IMG/VR virus record: IMGVR_UViG_3300035188_001379
Location: 64,001 to 128,000 of that record
Strand: one strand, 5' to 3'
Origin: a virus
DNA length: 64,000 bases
The position numbers and the translations under genes were made by a program. Numbering within the stretch: position 1 is the first letter of the stretch; every line of letters begins with the position of its first letter. The notes beneath the pieces are model-generated. The model searched no databases and was not told the DNA's origin. It saw only the letters and a program-made list of their open reading frames with translations. Shown here piece after piece: positions 1 to 8,173 of this stretch.

Positions 1-94
1 GCCAGGATACCGCACAAGCTATGCAGAAAAACAGCAGCTGCTTGAGAACTTGGCTATACACACTAACCCAGGGCATAGACTACTAGATGTATGA
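1..94 (+). CDS. Partial CDS (C-terminal end, runs in from window edge)
   Basis: Open frame from position 2 (PGYRTSYAEKQQLLENLAIHTNPGHRLLDV*) whose TGA overlaps the ATG at 91 (ATGA coupling). Confidence 0.4.
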   Translation, partial: PGYRTSYAEKQQLLENLAIHTNPGHRLLDV

Positions 95-642
95 TTGAAT
101 CAGTTACAATTACTAATCTTGCTGAAGCAAAACACAGGCCGTTTCAAAAAGACTTGCAGCAGGATATATGGGTTACGGTGATAGACCCTGAGGATGAGCC
201 CAAGATTAAAAAAATGCACACGCGGTTTGCCAAGATCAGCGTAAAACATCATTTCCAGTTTTTCAGAGACTGGAGTGACGAAGATTCTGAATCGTACATT
301 CAGGAGAGACTTGAGACTGAGGGACCGCAAGAAAGGCATATCAATAGCATTATTAGCTTTTTAGATTTTTACACCACTGACAATGCAGCTCATCACCTGG
401 GAGTTAATTGCTATGCAGGCATTAGCCGCAGTTCAGCGATAGGAGTTATCGCGTGGGTTATGCAAGGCAAGACCGCTGAAGAAGCGCTAGCTGAAGTTTT
501 AAGAGTTAATCCTATATCTTGGCCTAATCTACGTATACTTAGGCTGGCGAGTGCTAGACTAGGTAAAAACATCATGACTCCAGTTCTTGACTGGAAAAAA
601 CGACAAAGCGAAAGAGGAATTATAAATCCATTTGAACTATGA
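91..642 (+). CDS. Protein-tyrosine/dual-specificity phosphatase-like protein
   Basis: CX5R P-loop: VNCYAGISRSSA. Confidence 0.75.
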   Translation: MIESVTITNLAEAKHRPFQKDLQQDIWVTVIDPEDEPKIKKMHTRFAKISVKHHFQFFRDWSDEDSESYIQERLETEGPQERHINSIISFLDFYTTDNAAHHLGVNCYAGISRSSAIGVIAWVMQGKTAEEALAEVLRVNPISWPNLRILRLASARLGKNIMTPVLDWKKRQSERGIINPFEL

Positions 643-959
643 ACGCAAAAGAAGAGCTGCTCATGACGTTGCAGCAGACAGACAATCTCAATAACGTCAA
701 ATGTGTCTATATCTATAAAGAGACGGACTTTTACAACATAAGCAATATTGCTGTGTTGAAGTTGGGCTACTCAGAGGAAGATTGGCAAAAATTCCTTGAA
801 GCCCTTGATTTTACCTACGACCACGGCTATGGCTCTCAAGAGCTGTTCGGTAACGTGTGGTTCAAGGACGGCTCATGGCTGTCTCGAGCAGAATATGACG
901 GCTCTGAGTGGTGGAATCACTCCACATGCCCAGAGATTCCTGAAGAATGCCTCCAGTAA
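639..959 (+). CDS. Hypothetical phage protein
   Basis: 106-aa ORF, ATGA-coupled to upstream gene; YDHGYGSQELFGNVWFKDGSWLSRAEYDGSEWW. Confidence 0.65.
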   Translation: MNAKEELLMTLQQTDNLNNVKCVYIYKETDFYNISNIAVLKLGYSEEDWQKFLEALDFTYDHGYGSQELFGNVWFKDGSWLSRAEYDGSEWWNHSTCPEIPEECLQ

Positions 960-977
960 TCGTTAAGTATTTGAGCT

Positions 978-1637
978 ATGGAAAACTACTCAAAAGCAGA
1001 AAAGCTAAGGGTGGCGACAACCGCTCGCTGGAATGATCCCACGCAAAGAGCGCGCATGGTGGACGGAATTAATAAACCTGAGGTAGCTGAAAAGCGTAGT
1101 AAAAGCATGAAAGCTTGCTGGGCCGACCCACAGAAACGAGAAGCTTGGCTTGCAAAGAATGTTTTTCATACACATGCGCCTGAAACACTAGCTAAAATCA
1201 AGGCATCGTTCTCAACAGAGGAAGTAAAGCAGAAGTTTCGAGAAAACGGCAGAAGGATGGCGAATAAGCCAGAATTTAAAGCTTACGCGTTGAAAGGGGC
1301 CAAGAGCCCAAAGAAGGGAGAAAAAACAAAGCGCAATAGTGAAAAGCATCCGAGGGCTGCACATGTTGTGCTGAGGGACCCTAGCGGTAGAGTTTGGCAT
1401 GTTAGAAATATACTTAAGTTTGTCAGAGAAAATGAGCATTTGTTTGCTCCTGAAGACGTAGCATGGACAGGTCCATACTTATCTCAATGCAGGATAGCTA
1501 AACAACTTAGTAATTTGTGGAGTAAAAAACCGCAAACAACAGTCAAAGGTTGGACCTTGGTAAGCAAAATTGAAAAGGTTTACAACAACGGAGAAGACTT
1601 AATTGAAAGACAACAATATGACATTTATAGCATTTAG
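978..1637 (+). CDS. Homing-endonuclease-type DNA-binding protein (NUMOD-like repeats), no nuclease domain seen
   Basis: Basic helical repeats (WNDPTQR, WADPQKR) and C-terminal LRDPSG...KFVREN...KGW module; no GIY-YIG, HNH or LAGLIDADG motif. Confidence 0.5.
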   Translation: MENYSKAEKLRVATTARWNDPTQRARMVDGINKPEVAEKRSKSMKACWADPQKREAWLAKNVFHTHAPETLAKIKASFSTEEVKQKFRENGRRMANKPEFKAYALKGAKSPKKGEKTKRNSEKHPRAAHVVLRDPSGRVWHVRNILKFVRENEHLFAPEDVAWTGPYLSQCRIAKQLSNLWSKKPQTTVKGWTLVSKIEKVYNNGEDLIERQQYDIYSI

Positions 1638-2721
1638 CGACCAGCATCTCGAAAAGAAATTGTTCAATATTCCTGAGCTTGAGCAGGACCTCAGGGACCT
1701 GTTCGAGATGGTTATTGATAAAGCCCTAGAGCTTAAAGTTGATTACCTTGTTAGCGTGGGTGACCTGTTTGACCACAATAAACCCAGCAGCGATACAATT
1801 AACTTTGTAACTAAACAACTCAAACGCCTAGAAGGTGTTACAATTCCTGTCGCATTGGCTGGAGACCATAGCAAGCCCATCAATGGGTCTACATGGGAGA
1901 CAGTATGCGGTTTTAAACCGATCAATGACGTGCCTGAGTTTGTGGGTGTCGATTATAGCGACAATCCTAGCGATATAATCACGCTAATTAACCACGAATT
2001 GAACAAGAAACCAAAAGACTCTGTTTTGTGTTTATTTATGCACCAGCAGATTCCTGAGCTCTGGCCGTTCTGTGAAGAGAAAAAAACCGTAAGCCTTAAA
2101 GATTTAGATTTCTCTAATCAGTGCGCTAGCCTTCGTGGAATATTTCTAGGAGACATCCATATCAGAAGGCAAGCACGCTTTCATAGCCCTGATTGTGAGA
2201 AAGAATTATTTATCGGCTATTGCGGTAGCCTTGGCGTAACTGCGACCAACGAAACAGAGAAGGAAGGCTTGTACTATTTCGATGGCGAAAAGCTAAGAAA
2301 TATTTCATACGACCTGCCGAGGCAGTACATTGTTGTTGATGTATTTCCTGATAATCTTGAAGAAATAACTCAGTCTGCGAGATACGCTGCATATAAGCTA
2401 GGACCAAACCGTCCTGTGTTTGTTGTAAAGTTACATGACGGTGTAGATGTCGGAAATAAGCTTAATTTCTTATATGATATAGGCTTTGTACGCACAAGCA
2501 GAGTTAAGAAAACCGAAGAAGGAGCGGAAGAAATGATAAATATCCGCTCAGAGCTAAAAACAGCAGATCGTATTAGCGGCGTTTTAAAAGATCTCACGCA
2601 TAACATTGAGTATGGTGATGTTGTGTATGACCTAGCCTACCGACTGCTGACTTCCGCTGAAACTAAAACAATCCTAGATCATTTCAAAGCAAATATCTAT
2701 GAGCCTAGACAAAGCAATTAA
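1618..2721 (+). CDS. sbcD: Mre11/SbcD-like (T4 gp47-like) recombination nuclease
   Basis: Calcineurin-like motifs FSDQH, VGDLFD, AGDH, MHQ, GDIH, YCGS; likely start is the ATG at 1618. Confidence 0.85.
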   Translation: MTFIAFSDQHLEKKLFNIPELEQDLRDLFEMVIDKALELKVDYLVSVGDLFDHNKPSSDTINFVTKQLKRLEGVTIPVALAGDHSKPINGSTWETVCGFKPINDVPEFVGVDYSDNPSDIITLINHELNKKPKDSVLCLFMHQQIPELWPFCEEKKTVSLKDLDFSNQCASLRGIFLGDIHIRRQARFHSPDCEKELFIGYCGSLGVTATNETEKEGLYYFDGEKLRNISYDLPRQYIVVDVFPDNLEEITQSARYAAYKLGPNRPVFVVKLHDGVDVGNKLNFLYDIGFVRTSRVKKTEEGAEEMINIRSELKTADRISGVLKDLTHNIEYGDVVYDLAYRLLTSAETKTILDHFKANIYEPRQSN

Positions 2722-2914
2722 CCATGGAAAAGAATATCGTAAGCCTTACTATGGCAGCAGTAGGCATGACCCTACTTGTCGTCCGCATGGAGGGTGCCCA
2801 CACTGCACCAACAACAGAGCCCATAAAAATAGAGCTAGAGCGGCTGGAGCCAGAGAGGAATCCTTATATTGGGAAACCGAAGAGTCTAAACAACGTAGCC
2901 AAGAAACCGATTAA
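2699..2914 (+). CDS. Small Cys/His-rich conserved hypothetical protein
   Basis: MSLDKAINHGKEYRKPY...CRPHGGCPHC pattern; ATGA-type overlap with sbcD; the overlapping 2724..2948 frame is probably spurious. Confidence 0.6.
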   Translation: MSLDKAINHGKEYRKPYYGSSRHDPTCRPHGGCPHCTNNRAHKNRARAAGAREESLYWETEESKQRSQETD

Positions 2915-2964
2915 ATCTAACAGCTTGCACCTCATCGTGCAGTGCTAGAAATCCAAAAATAAAA

Positions 2965-4280
2965 ATGAAAACACTAGCAGTATTTTCGATCGCTGCGCTA
3001 GGGCTTATGCCTATAGCAGCTAAATTTGTAAATAAACCTAAAAAAGAGTATGTCGCTCATTTTGAAATTGAGTTCGAGGTACCTGCAGAGCAGCCTCTAG
3101 CTGCACTTCAGGAAGAAACCACAGCGCTGTTTGGTCGTCATTGCGTCGACTGTAGCGCAGGTATGTACTCTATGCGAGAGGATGGATTAAAACGCTGTTC
3201 TGCTTGTGGCAACGCTGATCCAGAACAACGATAGCGTATGGCTATATTGAGCAAAAAAGGAGTCACTCCGAACATGGAGTTCAAATGTAGTGATTGTGGA
3301 GACACCACTACTGGAAAAGATGTACTGGAAGGCGCTTACCTACATATCGTTGAAATAAATCCAGTAAACCGTATGGAGTCCTTGTTCAGATGCGAGTGCT
3401 GTCACGAAGACAGATACGAAGACTGTAACTGTGAATGACTATGTGTGTTCATGTATATAATAAAGACACCAAGTCTTACGCAGGCACTCCCTACGAGTTT
3501 GCAGACATGCTGAATATACCTATTAGTGCATTGCCTGTAGACAACGCGTATAACCAACTGATTCCTGAAAATTGCTTGTGTCAGGTAGATATTGAAAAAG
3601 CATGTAAGTTGGCTGGTTACAACTACACAGAAAACTCAGACTTTGAGCCTGTGATTTCCAAGAAAACCCAAGAAGAAATCCTAAAATCAATCAGAACGTC
3701 GAAATGAATACGAAAGAAGAATGTCTTGCTTTCCTAGATAAAATAGAGGAAGAGATCAACAACCATACATGGGAGCCTCAAGCCGACGAGTGCGATGAGT
3801 TAATACCCCACCAGGACTTTTTAACAGTCTTAGCCGATTTCAATATCCCTGCTCCTAGTTATGTAGATCGTGATGGAGTCTATCTTCCCGAAGGTTGGCT
3901 ATCTTCACATGATCCAGAAACTTCAGAAGACTACAAACAGGTAGCTGAAAAGTATTTTGAAATTTACACAACTCTACGTGAAGAAGTTTCTAAAGAGCTT
4001 GAAGCTTTTCGTATAGAGGCAGAACGAGATGAACGTGACGCTCATGCTGAGTTTTATAGGCTTGTAGGCTGGAGGAAATAATATGTACGTAATTGAATCT
4101 CAATCAGGAGTGAACGCATTTAAAACATGCACACTAGGTACAGGCAAGACTGAGGCAGAAGCATGGCTGGATGCATTAGGTCCAAAGCCTTGGTCGGATT
4201 ACACGAAAAAAGTGAAAAAGAACTATAGCTGTAGAAAGCTTGAAGAAGGCGAAGAGCCATCTCATAGCTACGAAGACTAA
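2965..4280 (+). CDS. Cluster of five small hypothetical CDSs (2965-3234, 3238-3438, 3435-3707, 3704-4081, 4083-4280)
   Basis: Abutting or overlapping ORFs; the first two have CxxC pairs (Zn-ribbon-like) and the first has an N-terminal hydrophobic segment. Confidence 0.6.
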
Positions 4281-4281
4281 T

Positions 4282-4799
4282 ATGCTTACCGAACCTGTTA
4301 CGAAAAAATCTTTAATCGTACAGTGCAAAAAGCCGAAAGCTGTTAAGTGGCGAGACTATATGGTGTGTCGCGACAGCATGGACGCGGTACAGATCATGGA
4401 TCAGATATACCAAAGCGGATATCCCGAGCTCCACACCTATAACATACGACTGATCAGTAGGTATGTTGTCGAGCAGCCATTGAACATACATACAGACGAT
4501 GTGTGCGCACATGCAGACATGCTGGGTATACCTGAAAATTGCAACGGCCGCTGAAAATGCTACGAAATAAAGGTATGAATATTCAAGCGGAAACCATATA
4601 CGCACTACAAAGAAAGCATAGGCGTAAAAACAGCGAGTGGAGGGACTATATGTACTTTAACGATCACGATCGTGCAATGTCTCAGTATCATGACATGCTA
4701 GCCCGCCCTATACATCACGACTTGCAAAGCTACCCAAAGCTAAGAGTCATATTTAAAGAAGTTAGAGAGTTGCAATTAATTTCAAATGATCAGGAATAA
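4282..4799 (+). CDS. Two tandem paralogous small proteins (4282-4554, 4539-4799), accessory family A
   Basis: Both contain WRDYM followed by a D..AM/AV helix and a terminal beta strand. Confidence 0.6.
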
Positions 4800-5712
4800 A
4801 GGTGTGTGTTGTATCGTACTTGCATTGGAGGAAAATGACCCTCCACTCAAGTTCAGAACAATGACCTATAAACGCTTCAGCTCTTTGCACAGGGATGAAG
4901 CGTTGACTAAGCTTGGAGATGTCATCTTAAACAATCTCCTAGTTACAGAGAAAGCCATCGAATACTGCGGTATTCACAGGCACAACTACAGGTTGAGTAG
5001 TGATATATTTCCGCTGATGACCTATGATAAGGCACACATCTCATTTAGTGAGCTGCCTCAGGTAGATGAGATATTTCAAAGTATGGACAGCATCAAGATG
5101 ACTAGGCTGTACCATAATGTTAGATTGAGCAGTCATCCCGATCAGTTCAATGTTTTGGCTAGTCCTAACTCTGATGCGGTGGACCGCACTATACGTGAAC
5201 TAGAGTTTCAAGGTAAGTTCATGACATGGATAGGATGCTCTCTAGATTACAACTCGCCGATAAACATTCATGTCAACCGAAGCGCTCAGTCTGATGATGC
5301 TCGCAAGAGTGTGAGAGATTTGTTCTACAAGAACTTTGAAAGACTGTCAGACAATGTCAAAAAGCGTTTAGTGCTAGAGAACGACGACAAAGCTGCAGGA
5401 TGGACAGTTGCAGAATTGTTTGATTATTTCGATAGGCCTGAAATACCAATAACATTCGATTATTTACATCATAAATGTCACCCAGGGGCAGGGTATTTCG
5501 CACAGGAAGCGCAGGCTTTTCTATTAGCTCACGATACCTGGAGAGCTAGAGCACACATTACTCCATTGTTTCATTATAGCGAAAGCATTCCTGGAAATAA
5601 AAATCCTAGGAAGCATAGCGATTATGCAACAACACTACCTGACACCTACGGACAAACAATTGACTTGGACTTCGAATTCAAAATGAAGGAGAAATCTTTT
5701 CAAAACTTATGA
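4786..5712 (+). CDS. uvsE: UV damage endonuclease UvsE/UVDE
   Basis: YRLSSDIFP, RLSSHPDQF, INIH, LVLENDDK, TFDYLHH, FHYSES, HSDY, DFEFKMKE motifs. Confidence 0.9.
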   Translation: MIRNKGVCCIVLALEENDPPLKFRTMTYKRFSSLHRDEALTKLGDVILNNLLVTEKAIEYCGIHRHNYRLSSDIFPLMTYDKAHISFSELPQVDEIFQSMDSIKMTRLYHNVRLSSHPDQFNVLASPNSDAVDRTIRELEFQGKFMTWIGCSLDYNSPINIHVNRSAQSDDARKSVRDLFYKNFERLSDNVKKRLVLENDDKAAGWTVAELFDYFDRPEIPITFDYLHHKCHPGAGYFAQEAQAFLLAHDTWRARAHITPLFHYSESIPGNKNPRKHSDYATTLPDTYGQTIDLDFEFKMKEKSFQNL

Positions 5713-6253
5713 CAGAAGAAACAAGAGCAAACCTAACGGTACGTGCTAGAGTGCATGTTGACTATACGGATGGGTCTACTGGCTGGACTAACTGGTTCTG
5801 CTTAAGCCCTAGGGTAGTTTACAGCTACGGACCAAATAAAAGATATAAAACTGAGCAGCTGGCTATAGATGCAGTTCATCGAAAGATAGCTAAGTTGCAA
5901 CAAATGGATTCTTTGGCAAATATTGTAAGAGAATTCAAAGCTGTGAGAATTGTATCGCAGTCAACCTACGAAGACTTATGATCTTTAAACAAACAGAAAA
6001 AACGCACCTCGCTGTATTCATAAGAGTCTATATAGATCTTGCGACGGATCCTGGATGGGGTGCTTGGCATATCGCTCATCCTGTGCAGAGGTACTATTAC
6101 GGCCCCATGGAAAGGTATGCGGATATAGATGCAGCTATGGATGTTGCGCAGCGAAGGTTGATTAAACAACAAGCAGCATACTCAAATAACCCATATCGAA
6201 GAGAGTTCAAGATAGCTAAAGTCACAACCCTAACAACCTACGAAGACGTATGA
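5709..6253 (+). CDS. Two tandem paralogous proteins (5709-5981, 5978-6253), accessory family A
   Basis: Shared GW..W...YGP..RY....A...V/Q R...REFK...TYED pattern. Confidence 0.7.
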
Positions 6254-6946
6254 GTACTACTAAATTATACAAAGCCACATATCATACTGTGCTGTATACC
6301 GCGGACGACCATCCGCAAGCTATAGCTAGAGAGTTAGCAAGCGAGTCATCTCCATACACATATCAAGAAGAGTCTATAGAGGAAATTCTTTCCGAAGAAG
6401 ACCTTCCTGAAGGATGGGAGACGATGCACTACCCAATTATTAATGAAAATGGAAGTTTTGCTGACTGGAATATTCGCACAATTCTACAAAAGGGAGCAGA
6501 AACCTTTAAGCTAAAAAAGCGTCTTAGAGAATTGGAGAAAGAACTTGAAGAAACAAAAAGGCAACTAGAGCTGAGACAAAATGACCAAAGAAAACCATAA
6601 GAAGCTGTTCAAAATCACTGCGACCACAGTGATCCTAGCCGACAGTGTGGAACATGTGTCAAACGCCCTTGCAGACAACAATGCAGATATTTGGGCATTT
6701 GAAGACAGCGCTATAGAAGAGGTACGCTCTTTAAGTGACCTGCCTGATGGGTGGGCACAGTATAGTTGTCCTGCAGTAGCTGATAAAGTGTACACCGCAG
6801 ACCCTTGGGCCAACGCAGCCATTGTCTCATTATTAGAAGCTGCGGCAATTGTACCCAAGCCCACAGAAGAAAGAATCACCGAGCTTGAGAAAGAAGTCGA
6901 AAGCTTGAAACAGCTATTGAAAAGACATGCATTGACAAGCCTTTAG
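6250..6946 (+). CDS. Two tandem paralogous proteins (6250-6600, 6581-6946), accessory family B
   Basis: KL(Y/F)K.T...SIEE....DLP(E/D)GW plus C-terminal coiled coil ELEKE. Confidence 0.7.
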
Positions 6947-6952
6947 AAAATT

Positions 6953-7288
6953 ATGGCTACAGGTCATACATCCACGGTTATTAAAGTACTACAGAGACGC
7001 TCACCTCATCCTGACCTCCCGCCATCATCATATACGTGGTGGTGGGAGGTACATCGAGCAAAATACAAATGCGGCGAGAATGGAAGCTATACAGAGGAGC
7101 GGGCAAGAGCTTTGTGTGAAGCACGTATAGCCCGCTTCAAAGAAAGAGACGCCATCAACACTCTGACGCAACAAGGCAGCAGCCTAGCAGGCCCAGCCCA
7201 CTATCGTTACGACTATAAAATAGTCAAAGAAACCAACATAAACATAACACAAGAACTAGAGGTATTTGAAACCTCCCTAGAACAATGA
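6953..7288 (+). CDS. Hypothetical protein, family A-like
   Basis: LQRR...W..V...Y.EERA helix...YKIV pattern. Confidence 0.55.
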   Translation: MATGHTSTVIKVLQRRSPHPDLPPSSYTWWWEVHRAKYKCGENGSYTEERARALCEARIARFKERDAINTLTQQGSSLAGPAHYRYDYKIVKETNINITQELEVFETSLEQ

Positions 7289-7566
7289 AACTATACAAAT
7301 TAACTGTAGAATACTCTATCGTCGTGGCAGCCCCAGACAATAGCTCGACCCATTCGGTAGAAAGCAACGCCACTCACTATATGATGCAAGGGGCAAGCGA
7401 CATCATTTCACACTTCCCTGATAATGTGCTGGCTGAAGAAATAAAAGCTATCGCCGATCTGCCTGAGCGATGGACCGGGGAAGAGTTGCCTTTCCTGCCT
7501 CCTGGACATTATTCTGACGAAGAGCGCACAATCAGCATGATGCTAGGACTAACCCACAAGAAATAA
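7285..7566 (+). CDS. Accessory family B paralog
   Basis: MKLYKLT...EEIKAIADLPERW. Confidence 0.65.
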   Translation: MKLYKLTVEYSIVVAAPDNSSTHSVESNATHYMMQGASDIISHFPDNVLAEEIKAIADLPERWTGEELPFLPPGHYSDEERTISMMLGLTHKK

Positions 7567-7569
7567 ATT

Positions 7570-8172
7570 ATGGGAATGTATGACTATGTTACCTGTAGAG
7601 CTCCTTTACCTCTTACCGAAGAGCTTGCAGGTCTGGGAAAAAATTGGGCAGACCTAGGGTTTCAGACCAAATGCCTAGATAATGACCTAGCGCATTACAT
7701 CATAGAAAGCGATGGGTATCTCTACATTGAGAATATCGAGCGCGAGTATATCGAGTATACTGAAGAAGAGTTAAAAACTATCAAGCCTAAGCCTTGGAGT
7801 GTGTTCAAGGAGGTTGTAATAAAGAGTAAAACTATTGAAAAAGTAGAATATCATGGCAGTGTCATATTCTACGACGTTGTAGATTACTCTGAAGCAGAAG
7901 ATCTCTGGGTAGAGTTTTCTGCTTCTTTCATATACGGCAAGCTCGATAAGATTGAATTGATTAAGAGCTACAAAATGAAAGCTAACCACGTGATTATGCT
8001 GGAGTTTGAAGCGGAGCAGCGAAAGCGCCAAGCTCGCCCTTGGTATAAGTTTAAAGCTGCTGTAGGCCCATACGGCTGGAGGCGCTTCTGGCTGATCATG
8101 ACCAGATTGTGCGGCAAGACCTCAGAGCTCGCCGGGAAGATCCAGAACCTAATATTTAGACACATGCTCTAG
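7570..8172 (+). CDS. Conserved hypothetical phage protein
   Basis: MGMYDYVTC..PLP...FQTKCLDN.L..Y.I..DG.L pattern. Confidence 0.65.
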   Translation: MGMYDYVTCRAPLPLTEELAGLGKNWADLGFQTKCLDNDLAHYIIESDGYLYIENIEREYIEYTEEELKTIKPKPWSVFKEVVIKSKTIEKVEYHGSVIFYDVVDYSEAEDLWVEFSASFIYGKLDKIELIKSYKMKANHVIMLEFEAEQRKRQARPWYKFKAAVGPYGWRRFWLIMTRLCGKTSELAGKIQNLIFRHML

Positions 8173-8173
8173 T

